A stretch of 64,000 nt of DNA from an uncultured Verrucomicrobiae bacterium (GTDB lineage: Bacteria; Verrucomicrobiota; Verrucomicrobiia; Chthoniobacterales; UBA10450), in NCBI GenBank assembly GCA_963726745.1, contig CAVSDR010000003.1:384001-448000 (forward strand), given 5' to 3'. Position numbers and translations under genes: made by a program. Every line of letters starts with the position of its first letter. Position 1 is the first letter of the stretch. Shown piece by piece: positions 46,931 through 56,420 of this stretch. The notes beneath the pieces were generated by a model. It made no database searches. It saw only the letters and a list, made by a program, of their open reading frames with translations, and was not told where the DNA came from.

Positions 46931-48293
46931 GTGTCGGATCTCGACCGCTACGAAGAACTGCGCGCTCGGGCGCAGGTGCGCGAGCGCGTTCTTTTCCGCA
47001 GCGCGCGCACCCCGGATGAACTGGAACTGCAAGCGCGCTGGTTTGCCGGCGACTTCGGACGCCGGCTTCCAGTCGACTTGCGGCCGGGCGATCGAGGTGG
47101 TGCAATTCGGCACCTGGAATCGCGAAGCCGGACCCGATTTCCACAGCGCCGCGATCCGCGTCGATGGCGGCGAAGCACAACGTGGCAGCATCGAGTTCGA
47201 TCTGGCCGACAAAAACTGGGAAGCCCACGGGCACGCGAGCAATCCCGCGTTCAACGACACCGTGCTGCATGTCTTCGTGCACGCGAGCGGCCCGACCTTT
47301 TTCACTCGCACGGAGGCGCATCGCCAGGTCCTCCAGGTGCGGGTGGACCCAGAGAAATTAGCCGACGCTTTCACCGGAAATATTCCGCTGGCCCGGCCCG
47401 GCCGCTGTCAGGCGCCGTTGCAGGATTTGCCGGAGGCACGCGTGCGCGGCGTGATCGAGGCGGCGGCCCGTTTTCGCCTCCAGCGAAAGGCGGCACGGCT
47501 GCACGCGATGATCGAAGCGCACGGCGAAGAGGAAGCGCTCTTCCAGGAGCTGGCCGCCGCGCTCGGCTACAAGGCGAACAAGTTGCCGTTTACCCTCCTC
47601 GCGCAACGCCTGCCGCTCGCGCTCCTGCGCGCGCAAAAGGAAAACGCGGAGGCGCTCCTTTTTGGCGTGGCCGGATTTCTCCAGGCCGCGGATTTGTCGG
47701 TCTACAGCGAGGAAACCCGCGGCTACGTGCGCGCGCTCTGGGAAGATTGGTGGCCGCAGCGGGACGCGCTCAGCCGGTTGATCCTGCCGGCCCATCTCTG
47801 GCGGCTCGGCGGCGCGCGACCGCTGAATCATCCGCAACGCCGCCTGGCGGCGCTGGCCGCGATCGTCCGCGCCTGGCCGCGGCTCTTGCGTTCGTTAGGC
47901 GAAACTGCCAGCGCCCGAGCCTTCTTCCGCGAGCTGGCGCATCCCTACTGGGAGCGACATTACACCCTGACCTCGAAGCCAGGCACCCGTGCGCTGGCGC
48001 TGGTGGGTGAATCCCGCGTGGCCGAGATCCTGGCGAACGTCCTCTTTCCCTTCCACCTGGCGCGCGGCACCGATGTCTGGGCGGAATACGAAAAACTCCC
48101 CGCGCGCCTAACGAATCGTCGCCTCGAGACCGGCGCCGCCCGCCTCTTCGCGGGCGACCCGCGCCGCCCGCAATTTCTCCGGACGGTGGCGCAGCAGCAG
48201 GGCCTGCTGCAGATCTACGAGGACTTTTGCCTGCAGGATAATAGCGACTGCGCGCACTGCCCTTTCCCGGAGCAAATGCAGAAATGGGTTTGA
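46931..48293 (+). CDS. DUF2851 family protein; frameshift near 47075
   Basis: G.WN..AGPDF, W..HGH..NP.F..TVLHV, GY..NK.PF, RP.NHPQRRLA, C-terminal C..C.HC. Confidence 0.85.
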
Positions 48294-48328
48294 TGATTGC
48301 CGCGCGACCGTTCAACCTTCCGCCTCTC

Positions 48329-48952
48329 ATGAGCCATCCGCCCTCCGCCCGCGCCGCCGCCTTCACCCTGATCGAGTTGCTGGTGGTGATCGCGATCATC
48401 GCGGTGCTCATGGGCCTGGCTTTCCCGGCCTATCAGAAGGTGCAGGACTCGGCCAAGCGCGTCTCGGCGAAGAACGACATCACTCAGATCGTGACCGCGG
48501 TGAACGCCTTCTACACCGAATACGGGCAGTATCCCTGCGGCGCGCAGAGTGGCGCCGACGCGATGGATTACTACACCGGGAATAACACCGATAAGAAGAA
48601 TCTCTTCGACGCCCTGCGGGTGCCGTTTCCCTCCACGCCGCCGGCGCTGAACCCGCGCGGGATCGTGTTCCTCCAGCCGGCCGGGGTGAAGAGCGATGTC
48701 GCCGGGCAGCGGCGCTCTGGCATCGGCGGCGACGGCGTCTATTACGATCCGTGGGGCGGGACCTACCGCGTGAAGATGGACAACAATTACAACGGGCTGC
48801 TGACAAATCCTTATGACGCCAACACCGGCGCCGGCTTTGGTAGCGTGAACCTGGGCGTGATGGCGCTCTCGCCGGGCAAGGACAAGAAGGGCCCGGACGA
48901 TGGCGGCGAGAAGAACTACAAGAAATCAGACGACGTCATCTCCTGGCAGTAG
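48329..48952 (+). CDS. prepilin-type N-terminal cleavage/methylation protein (GspG-like pseudopilin)
   Basis: AFTLIELLVVIAII, DPWG, DDVISW. Confidence 0.9.
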   Translation: MSHPPSARAAAFTLIELLVVIAIIAVLMGLAFPAYQKVQDSAKRVSAKNDITQIVTAVNAFYTEYGQYPCGAQSGADAMDYYTGNNTDKKNLFDALRVPFPSTPPALNPRGIVFLQPAGVKSDVAGQRRSGIGGDGVYYDPWGGTYRVKMDNNYNGLLTNPYDANTGAGFGSVNLGVMALSPGKDKKGPDDGGEKNYKKSDDVISWQ

Positions 48953-48965
48953 CACGCGATCGGCG

Positions 48966-48993
48966 TTGCAATCCCGAAAGCGAAACCTAAAAT
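48966..48993 (+). promoter_or_regulatory. sigma70-type promoter for tRNA-Gly
   Basis: TTGCAA-16 bp-TAAAAT ending 10 bp before the tRNA. Confidence 0.6.
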
Positions 48994-49003
48994 CCCAACC
49001 GTC

Positions 49004-49074
49004 GCGGGTGTAGTTCAATGGTAGAACGGCAGCTTCCCAAGCTGCATACGAGGGTTCGATTCCCTTCACCCGCT
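49004..49074 (+). tRNA. tRNA-Gly(CCC), CCA not encoded
   Basis: GCGGGTG/CACCCGC acceptor stem; GCAGC-TTCCCAA-GCTGC; GTTCGAT. Confidence 0.97.
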
Positions 49075-49092
49075 TTCCTTCTTCCAGCTTCC

Positions 49093-49320
49093 ATGCGCGC
49101 GCGTTTCCCGGCGGTGTTTCTCCTTGCGGTGCTGGCTTCGGCCGGGATCGGCTGCAACGCGACGCCGGCGAAAAGCCCGCGCAAGTCGAAGGCCGTCTAC
49201 AAACGGCAAACAGGCAGCAACCTCACAAATCGCTTCGAGGTCGAGACGAGCGAGCGCGTTGCCGCTGCCGCGAAGAAACAAGCGCCGCCCGATTACGTCC
49301 CGCGGCGCGGCTTCCGCTAA
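49093..49320 (+). CDS. small basic putative lipoprotein
   Basis: Signal peptide ending GIGC; QTGSNL motif. Confidence 0.6.
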   Translation: MRARFPAVFLLAVLASAGIGCNATPAKSPRKSKAVYKRQTGSNLTNRFEVETSERVAAAAKKQAPPDYVPRRGFR

Positions 49321-49338
49321 TTCCGCGGGAAGCGCGAA

Positions 49339-49367
49339 TTGACAGGGGCCATCGCCCGCGCGAGGTT
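49339..49367 (+). promoter_or_regulatory. putative sigma70 promoter for the structured leader
   Basis: TTGACA at 49339-49344; weak -10 GAGGTT at 17 bp. Confidence 0.4.
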
Positions 49368-49384
49368 CGCGGCGGTAAAGCTAC

Positions 49385-49566
49385 TTGGGCTTGTGTTAGT
49401 GGGCGCTATGCTTCCCCGATGAAGGGCGCTCAGTATTCAGTCTCAACAGCTATCGGCAAAGAAATGCCGGCCCGGGGTCCTTCGAGGGATCTCGTAGACA
49501 TATAGCTAGCTGTCGACCGCAAGGTCGCAGCGTTCGTTGCACAGCGCTCGAAATCTGTGCGTGAAC
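49385..49566 (+). ncRNA. unassigned structured RNA / 5' leader
   Basis: Several stems with G-U pairs and a GCAA tetraloop (detailed in findings). Confidence 0.6.
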
Positions 49567-49570
49567 AGAC

Positions 49571-49885
49571 ATGAAACCTACATTCCAGGCGAGCCTCCCA
49601 GCTCGTCAGCGCGATTCGTCGCATTCGTCCCGTCCCCAGCTCCGCGGTCCCCGCACCGACGCGAGCTTCCAGGTGGTCACGCCCGCTTTCGGCGGCGGCG
49701 CCACCTCCTTCCGCCATCGCGAAACCAAGCTCCATCCGGCGTTCCATACGCTGAGCGAGAGCTTCTTCGCGACCGAGGCCCGGAAGGAATCGCGCCTCGA
49801 AGGCGCGCTCTTCGCGGTCATCGTCGCCCTCGCGGCCTGGCCGATCGTGCTCGCCGTCCAGGCAGCCACGACCCTGATCAAGTAA
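49571..49885 (+). CDS. small hypothetical protein with single C-terminal TM
   Basis: MKPTFQ...FHTLSESFFATEARKE..EGALFAVIVALAAWPIVLAV; followed by a terminator. Confidence 0.7.
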   Translation: MKPTFQASLPARQRDSSHSSRPQLRGPRTDASFQVVTPAFGGGATSFRHRETKLHPAFHTLSESFFATEARKESRLEGALFAVIVALAAWPIVLAVQAATTLIK

Positions 49886-49897
49886 ATTAACCTACCC

Positions 49898-49935
49898 GCC
49901 GCGCTGCCGTCTTCGCCTGAAGACGGCGGGGCGGC
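49898..49935. terminator. hairpin between convergent genes
   Basis: GCCGC-G-CTGCCGTCTTC-GCCT-GAAGACGGCGG-G-GCGGC. Confidence 0.65.
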
Positions 49936-49939
49936 GCGG

Positions 49940-52120
49940 TTATTTCCGTCCGAAGATATTGCGGAAGGATTGGAAAATCCGGCCGGGCAACGACTCCACC
50001 CTGCGCCCGGCGTCGTTCAGGCGCTGCGCCAGCGGTTGCGTCTGCAAGCCGCCGTGCACGGTGCATGCGACCGTCGGCACCTTGTCGCTCGGGAGCGTGA
50101 TCTCGTAGGCTGAATCCGCGCCCACGCAGGCGTCGGTCGCGAGTTGGTTCGAGACCGCGCAGACGTTGGCTCGAGCCAGCGGCATCGTGGGCTTGAAGTC
50201 GGCCGCGGGATAACGCTGCGCCGCCTTGCTCATCACGCTCGTCCAAACCGGCAGCGCCAGGGTCGCGCCGTAACCCTGGGCCATGATCGTCTGCGGTTGG
50301 TCGAAGCCGACCCAAACCCCGCAGGTGAGCGCGCTGGTGTAGCCCAAAAACCACGCGTCCTTGTAATCGTTCGTCGTTCCTGTCTTGCCCGCTGCCGGCA
50401 ACTTGAAGCCTAACGAGCGCGAACTCGCCGCCGTCCCCCGGGTCATCACCTGCTCGAGAATTTCCGAAGTCATCCAGGCCGCGCCCGGATCAATCGCAGG
50501 GGCGCTGATGTGAGCCGCGCGGTAAATCGGATTGTGATCCGCGTCGTCGATCCGCTCGATGATGTAGCTTTGCTTGCGCTCCCCGGCGTTCGGAAAGATC
50601 GAGTAAGCCGAGGTCAGGTCTTTCAAATCGCTCTCGAAAGTGCCGATGTAGATCGCCGGGCTTTGCGGAATGTTCTCGCCCAGGCCGAAGCGGTAGGCCG
50701 CCTTGGCCACTTCCTCCGCGCCCACGAAATCGCCCACGCGCACGCTCATGGTATTGCGCGAGCGGATGAGCCCGTAGGAGGCCGGCTGCACGCCGCCGTA
50801 ATCGTTGTCGGAATTTCCTGGCGTCCAGTTGCCCGCGCCGCGGATTTCGCCCGGCTGAATCGGCGCGTCGCTCACGAAAGCGCCCGGCAACATTCCGCGG
50901 CTGAAGGCGAGCGCGTAGACGAATGGCTTGAAGGCGGAGCCGACCTGGCGATTAGCCGGCGCGATCGCGCGATTGAATTTGCTCTGCGCGTAATCGCGTC
51001 CACCCACGAGCGCGCGCACCCCGCCGCTGGCGTTATCGATCACCACCACCGCGCCCTGCAGGTAAGGCATCGCGGAATCCTCGCCCTCGGCCGGTGCCTG
51101 GTAGTTCGCTTTGCGCGGATGCTTGAATCCGGACTGCCGCTCGACCTTGCTCAATTGCGTTTCCAGCGCCTGCTCCGCCGCGTGCTGCACCGTCGGATCG
51201 AGCGTGGTGTAAATGTAGAGGCCGCCAAAGTCGATCTGCTCCGGCGTGAGCAGGAGGTTGAGGTCGCGCTGGACCGCGTCCATCGCGTAATTCTCCTGGA
51301 TTTGCGGGAGGCGCCGGGGATTAGACGTCACTTTCATCGCGCGCGCCTGCTGCGCCTGCGCCACGGTGATTTGCTTGAGCTCGGCCATGCGCGCGAGGAC
51401 CGCGTTCCGCTGGGCCGCGGCGCCCTCGGGATTTTTTAAAGGCGAGAAACGGTTCGGGCTCCGGATCAAGCCGGCGAGCGTGGCCGCTTCCGAGAGATTC
51501 AACTTTGCCGCCGGCTTCCCGAAGTAGGCCTGCGAGGCGGTCTCGATGCCGTAGCAGCCGGAGCCGAAGTAAATCCGGTTCACGTAAAGCTCGAGGATTT
51601 GCTCCTTGGAAAACTGCCGCTCGATTCGCAGCGCGACCATCGCCTCGAGGAGCTTTCGCCGCATATTGCGACCGCCAAGCGGCAGGCTGTTGCGCGCCAG
51701 TTGCTGGGTGATGGTGCTCGCGCCTTCGCGCACCGAGCTGCTGGTGATATTGCGGATGATCGCGCGCGCGACCCCGCGCGGGTCGAGTCCGCCGTGCTTG
51801 TAAAAACGCGTATCCTCGCGCGCGAGCAGCGCCTTGATGAAATCGGGCGCAACTTCCGTGATCGGGACCACGATGCGGTTCGCGCCCGCGAGCCGGCTGT
51901 AGATTTTCCCGTCGACGTCGAAGACCGTGTTCCGCTCCGGCATTTGCCCCACGTTCTTCAAGTCGAACGTCTGCGCCCAGACGGCGTAGATCGTGATCAA
52001 CCCAAAGACCGCGCCGACCCCGAGCGCGAGCACGGTCAAGCCAAGGCCGAGCGGCCAGCGGCTCCATCCTTTGCCGCCGCGGCGCGCCGAGACGCGCGCG
52101 AAGAGCTGGTTCATCTTCAC
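49940..52120 (-). CDS. penicillin-binding protein 1A family (transglycosylase/transpeptidase)
   Basis: EDTRF..H.G, GASTITQQL, SAFK (SxxK), SRN, KTGT. Confidence 0.95.
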   Translation of the reverse strand: MKMNQLFARVSARRGGKGWSRWPLGLGLTVLALGVGAVFGLITIYAVWAQTFDLKNVGQMPERNTVFDVDGKIYSRLAGANRIVVPITEVAPDFIKALLAREDTRFYKHGGLDPRGVARAIIRNITSSSVREGASTITQQLARNSLPLGGRNMRRKLLEAMVALRIERQFSKEQILELYVNRIYFGSGCYGIETASQAYFGKPAAKLNLSEAATLAGLIRSPNRFSPLKNPEGAAAQRNAVLARMAELKQITVAQAQQARAMKVTSNPRRLPQIQENYAMDAVQRDLNLLLTPEQIDFGGLYIYTTLDPTVQHAAEQALETQLSKVERQSGFKHPRKANYQAPAEGEDSAMPYLQGAVVVIDNASGGVRALVGGRDYAQSKFNRAIAPANRQVGSAFKPFVYALAFSRGMLPGAFVSDAPIQPGEIRGAGNWTPGNSDNDYGGVQPASYGLIRSRNTMSVRVGDFVGAEEVAKAAYRFGLGENIPQSPAIYIGTFESDLKDLTSAYSIFPNAGERKQSYIIERIDDADHNPIYRAAHISAPAIDPGAAWMTSEILEQVMTRGTAASSRSLGFKLPAAGKTGTTNDYKDAWFLGYTSALTCGVWVGFDQPQTIMAQGYGATLALPVWTSVMSKAAQRYPAADFKPTMPLARANVCAVSNQLATDACVGADSAYEITLPSDKVPTVACTVHGGLQTQPLAQRLNDAGRRVESLPGRIFQSFRNIFGRK

Positions 52121-52177
52121 TGGGACGGGGCGGCGATCACGTCTGGCCGCTCAAAAAATTCTACCGGAAAGCGCCGC

Positions 52178-52522
52178 CTAAAACTTCAGGCGCACCCCGC
52201 TCCGCTGGCGCTCGTGTTCTTCGTCGGAGCAAGGGGCGTTCAACGGCACCGAGGTCTCGGCGGTGCTGGCCTGCACGATCCCTTTATCCAGGAGATAACG
52301 CTCGACTTCCTCGCCGCTCACATCGGCCACCATCTCGCCGTTTATTTCCACGCAAGGCGAGAGCGGTTGGCCGCTCTTGGTCTCCATTTCCCAACGGAAA
52401 GCCGGGTTCTGGATGATGTCCTTTTCCGTGTATTCGAGATTGTATTTCGCGAGGACCGCGCGGACGCCGCCGCTCCAGCCGCATTGCGTTTTCAGGTAGG
52501 CAGTGATTTGTGGCTTGTCCAT
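52178..52522 (-). CDS. monothiol glutaredoxin-like protein
   Basis: CGWS motif; SGQPLSPCVEING. Confidence 0.8.
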   Translation of the reverse strand: MDKPQITAYLKTQCGWSGGVRAVLAKYNLEYTEKDIIQNPAFRWEMETKSGQPLSPCVEINGEMVADVSGEEVERYLLDKGIVQASTAETSVPLNAPCSDEEHERQRSGVRLKF

Positions 52523-52619
52523 GTGGACCAAGGTTAGCACGCCCTTGCCTGATTGCAGCCTGCGCGCTGAAGAATTCCGCTCGCCTCGCGCGGCCGAACC
52601 GGCCAGAGAAAGTGACGTC

Positions 52620-53438
52620 ATGCAATCACTCCTCCCCGCCTGGCAAAATCACCCAAAGGTCGTCATCGGCATGCTCCATCTGCCGGCGCTGCCGGGCGCG
52701 CCGCTCGGCCGCCTCGGCCTGGAGGAAATTAGCCGGCAACTTCTGCGCGACGCGGAGACGCTCACGCGCGGCGGCGTTCACGGCTTGATGATGGAGAACT
52801 TCGGCGACGTGCCGTTTTTTCCGGGCGCGGTCCCGGCGCATGTGGTCGCGCACATGACCGCGCTCGCCTGCGCGGTCCGGGCGCGCTTCGACCTCCCGTT
52901 AGGCATCAACGTCCTGCGCAACGACGGCCGCGCCGCACTCGCGGTGGCGCATGCCTGCGGGGCGAGCTTCATCCGGGTGAACGTCCTCTGCGGCGCGCGC
53001 GTGACGGACCAGGGCGTGATTCAAGGAATCGCGCACGAGCTTTTGCGCGATCGCGCGCTGTTGGGCGCCGACGAGATCCGGATCATGGCCGACGTGGACG
53101 TGAAACATTCCGCCCCGCTCGCGCCGCGGCCGCTCGAGGATGAAGTGGACGACGTGATCGAACGCGGCCAGGCCGAGGCGCTCGTGGTCAGCGGCGCCGG
53201 CACCGGCAAGGCGACCGATCCCGCAAAGGCCGCGCGCGTGAAAGCGACTGCGCCGGAGACGCCGGTCTTCATCGGCAGCGGCATCACCGCAGGGACGATC
53301 GCGCAATTCCGCGAGAGCGCCGATGGCTTCATCGTCGGCACAGCCTTGAAACGCGACGGCGTCGCGAGCCAGCCGGTGGAACTCGCGCGGGTGCAGGCGC
53401 TCATGGGAGCGCTGGACGGGAAACAGGCAGCTACATGA
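52620..53438 (+). CDS. BtpA/SgcQ family protein
   Basis: IGMLHLPALPG, ENFGDVPF, GINVLRND, ADVDVKH, IVGTALK. Confidence 0.92.
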   Translation: MQSLLPAWQNHPKVVIGMLHLPALPGAPLGRLGLEEISRQLLRDAETLTRGGVHGLMMENFGDVPFFPGAVPAHVVAHMTALACAVRARFDLPLGINVLRNDGRAALAVAHACGASFIRVNVLCGARVTDQGVIQGIAHELLRDRALLGADEIRIMADVDVKHSAPLAPRPLEDEVDDVIERGQAEALVVSGAGTGKATDPAKAARVKATAPETPVFIGSGITAGTIAQFRESADGFIVGTALKRDGVASQPVELARVQALMGALDGKQAAT

Positions 53439-53952
53439 TCGGCGTGCTCGCAGCGGGAGAACCGTTCGTCGCCTTCGTGGGCGCGGGCGCTTCGGCTCTG
53501 CCGCCGGCGAGTTTACCCACCTGGACACAGTTCAATAATCTCCTCCTGCAGAGCCTGGCCGAGCGGCTCGCGGAATACAGCGGGAACCGCCAGCCGACCG
53601 CGCAGATGCTCGCGACCTTTCGCGCGTTGCGCGACACCACCGGTTTCTTCGCGCCCGATTTCCAGGCGCAGTTGATCGAGGAGGAAATCGGCGCGGAATA
53701 CTTTCGCGTCTGGCAAAGCCTGGAATCCGATCGCCCCGGACCGGTGCACGCCGGCCTGGCCGAGCTCGCGACGCCTGTCCGCATTATTATTTGGCCTACG
53801 CCGGTGCGCTCGTGACCAGCGGTGCACCCGGGCAGAGCCAGCTGGCGGCGGAGTTGATCGCGCGCGCGCGCCAGGTCGGCACGGCGAGTGGAAACGCCTG
53901 GGTCGGTGAGGAAGCCGCGCGCCTCGAGGCGAGTTTGCCGGCTGGTTCTTGA
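53435..53952 (+). pseudogene. internally deleted SIR2-like/TPR-like gene remnant
   Basis: SIR2-like start FVGAGAS...LPTW...P.PVH..LAELA breaks at ~53770; a helical tail in another frame ends at TGA 53950-53952. Confidence 0.6.
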
Positions 53953-53966
53953 GCGTTGCGTTTCGG

Positions 53967-54007
53967 AGCAAAAGGGAAGGGCGCCCGCGTTTCCGCGAGC
54001 GCCCTCC
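53967..54007 (-). terminator. intrinsic terminator of rnpB
   Basis: Minus strand: GGGCGCTCGCG-GAAA-CGCGGGCGCCC followed by TTCCCTTTT. Confidence 0.75.
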
Positions 54008-54010
54008 GTT

Positions 54011-54412
54011 TCGATGGCGCTAAGCCGAATTCTGTCGGCTGGTATTTAGCCAGCCGGATGATCATTTATCTCAGCCCGCTTGCGCGAGCCGCCCGCGACG
54101 CTTGCGCGCCGCGTGATGCGACGAAACCCGAGGATCATAACGGACCGGCTGCCCTCCCTCTGTTCTGTCTTGCACCACATGGGGTTTTTCCTGCCACGCG
54201 GATTGCTCCGCGCGCGGTGAGCTCTTACCTCGCCATTTCACCCTTACCGTCATCTTGTCGCCAAAATGCCGGCGGTATCTTTTCTGCGACACTTTCCGTC
54301 AGCGCCCGCTTGGGCGAACGCCGCCCGCGTGTTCTCCGCGGCATGCTGCCGTTTGGTGTTCGGACTTTCCTCTGGCGAGCCTAACGACTCCCCAGCGATC
54401 ATCTGCCATCGA
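54011..54412 (-). ncRNA. rnpB: RNase P RNA (type A-like)
   Basis: GAGGAAAGTCC, AGGGTGAAA, GGTAAGAG, GCAAG, ACAGAATTCGGCTTA; P1 TCGATGGC/GCCATCGA. Confidence 0.96.
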
Positions 54413-54452
54413 GATCAATCTACTGGGGTCGGAGAGAGAAAGCAGGGGGGAA

Positions 54453-55193
54453 TTATCCCTCCACCGAAACGCTGAGAAACCCGGGCGCTCGTGCGTTCTC
54501 CAGTCCGGCCAGGAACTGAATGCATTCGTGTCGCGCCTCGCGAAAGAATTCGTCGCGCCCGGCGCCCAGTCGTTTCAGAAGCGCGCGATGATCGAGCCAC
54601 GCCACCCAGAGGGCCGCGCTGAAGAGCGCCTGGAATTGCAGACTCCAAAGCGCGCGCTCCGCCGGCAGCAGCGCGCTCTGCGCTTCGCGCACGTGCTCGA
54701 GATGGAAGGCTACGTGTTGCGCTTCATCGGCGAGCACCCGCCGGCAAACCTGGTCGAGGATCGGATCGCGCGCGCGGCGTTGCAGCAGGCGGTAGTAGGC
54801 CGTGCCGACGAGCTCGGCGATCAGCAGCGTCTGGATCTCGAAGTTCAAACCGAGCGCGCGCCGCGTCGCGCGAAACAGGAAATGCGTCCAGTGCCGCTGG
54901 ATGAGCGCGCCGCCAAAACGCCGGACCAGGCCTTCCAGCAAACGCGCATGCTCTCCCTCCTCGGCTACGAAAAGCTTCAGCGCCGCGAGATAGCACGCGT
55001 CATCCTCGACTTGCGCGCCCGCCTTCCGGAAGAGATGGCGGCCGCCTCCGCTTTCGCCGAGTTGGAAGTGCGACAAGGACCGCGCCAATTCCGCTTTCAT
55101 CACGCCATCGAGCGGGCAAGGCGCGGCCCAATCTGGCTGGATAAATTGCGCGCGGTTCGCTTCGAAATATCGAAGCCATTCTTTTGCTTTCAT
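54453..55193 (-). CDS. ferritin-like diiron domain protein
   Basis: FQLGE, EEGEH, AE..GTAYY, DEAQH (two ExxH motifs). Confidence 0.8.
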   Translation of the reverse strand: MKAKEWLRYFEANRAQFIQPDWAAPCPLDGVMKAELARSLSHFQLGESGGGRHLFRKAGAQVEDDACYLAALKLFVAEEGEHARLLEGLVRRFGGALIQRHWTHFLFRATRRALGLNFEIQTLLIAELVGTAYYRLLQRRARDPILDQVCRRVLADEAQHVAFHLEHVREAQSALLPAERALWSLQFQALFSAALWVAWLDHRALLKRLGAGRDEFFREARHECIQFLAGLENARAPGFLSVSVEG

Positions 55194-56065
55194 GTTGGTT
55201 CTCCAGTGGCGGCGATGGGTGCCGTGGAAAAGGCGCGAAGACGCGCAACGACGGCGCTGACGGTCTCCGGCAAAGTGGATGTGCCCGCGGTCACGCCAAC
55301 GACCTGCGCATTTGCAAAATCGCGGGCGCTTAATTCCTCCGCGCGCTCGACGTGTAGAGCGCGACGGCCCGCGGCGCGACAGGCGGCGACTAATTCACGC
55401 GTGTTGTTGCTGTGGTGTCCGCCTACGACCACGATCAAATCCGCGGCCGCAAGCAACTCGCGCAACGCGCGCTGCCGGTTCTTCGTCGGCTGGCAAACCG
55501 TGTCGCAAAACTTCACCTCCGCCCCGGGCCGGGCCGCGCGCAGCGCTGCCACCAATTCCCGCACGCGCTCGATCGGTTGCGTGGTTTGCGCGATCACGCC
55601 GAAACGCTTCTCCTCGTTAGGCAACTCCACTATCTGGGCGGCGGCCTCGAGCACCACCGCTGCCGGGAAATCTCCGGTCAGGCCGCGCACTTCCACGTGG
55701 TCGCGCTTCCCGATGACCACCGGGAAATAGCCGGCAAGCACCAGCGCCCGCAGTTGCGCGTGCGCGCGGTGGACCAGCGGGCAAGTGCCGTCGGTGACCG
55801 CGTAGCCCGCGCTGCGCCAGGCTTCCCGGCGCTCGTCCGACGCGCCATGTGCGGTGATCATCACCCGCGCCGTCGTGGACCGGCCAGGCTCGTCCAGCGT
55901 GCTCTCCTGCACTCCGCGGCTAACGAGTCGTGCGCGCGCCACCGGATTGTGCACCAGCTCGCCGAGAATGGTCAGCGGGCCCTCGGCTGCGAGCCGCTCC
56001 GCTTCCGCGAGGGCGTCGCGCACCCCGAAACACATGCCGAAATGCTCGGCCAGGAGGATCTTCAT
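55190..56065 (-). CDS. ispH: 4-hydroxy-3-methylbut-2-enyl diphosphate reductase
   Basis: GMCFGV, LVHN, TAHG, GTCPLV, HVEV, QTT, TVC, SNNT, TAGTST. Confidence 0.95.
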   Translation of the reverse strand: MKILLAEHFGMCFGVRDALAEAERLAAEGPLTILGELVHNPVARARLVSRGVQESTLDEPGRSTTARVMITAHGASDERREAWRSAGYAVTDGTCPLVHRAHAQLRALVLAGYFPVVIGKRDHVEVRGLTGDFPAAVVLEAAAQIVELPNEEKRFGVIAQTTQPIERVRELVAALRAARPGAEVKFCDTVCQPTKNRQRALRELLAAADLIVVVGGHHSNNTRELVAACRAAGRRALHVERAEELSARDFANAQVVGVTAGTSTLPETVSAVVARLRAFSTAPIAATGEPT

Positions 56066-56085
56066 GGATGGTTTTTTAGGCTGCG

Positions 56086-56100
56086 CTTTGTCACGCAAAG
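56086..56100. promoter_or_regulatory. palindromic operator CTTTG-N5-CAAAG upstream of ispH
   Basis: CTTTGTCACGCAAAG; second copy at 57087. Confidence 0.65.
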
Positions 56101-56117
56101 TTTGTCGGCAAAATTTT

Positions 56118-56414
56118 TCACTGCCGCGCGGCCTTTACGATTTCCTCCAGCACATCGAGGTAATCCCCAAACGCTTTCCGCCCTTTCGCGGTCAGCGAGT
56201 AGCTCGTTTGCGGACGGTCGAGGATTTCTTTCGTGACCGCGATGAAACCGGCTTCGTGCAGGATCCGCAGGTGCGTCACGATATTGCCGTCGGTCATTTG
56301 CAATTCTGCCTTCAGCTCCTGGAAGGGCCAGCTCGCGCGCGAGGCCAGCAGGGTCATGATGCTGAGGCGCGCCTTCTCGTGGATGGCTTTGTCGAGCTTG
56401 TCGAAATCCAGCAT
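56118..56414 (-). CDS. winged-HTH transcriptional regulator (HTH_34-like)
   Basis: LDKAIHEKARL.IM..L, TDGN...HL..L..AG.I, T.Y.LT.KGR.AF..YL. Confidence 0.9.
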   Translation of the reverse strand: MLDFDKLDKAIHEKARLSIMTLLASRASWPFQELKAELQMTDGNIVTHLRILHEAGFIAVTKEILDRPQTSYSLTAKGRKAFGDYLDVLEEIVKAARQ

Positions 56415-56420
56415 CGGAAG

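Noticed and set aside
49448..49507. c-di-GMP-I riboswitch reading of GGCAAA...GCCG
   Set aside because: Lacks the GNRA/receptor arrangement and the GCAAA...CCGG spacing of that class; left as an unassigned RNA.
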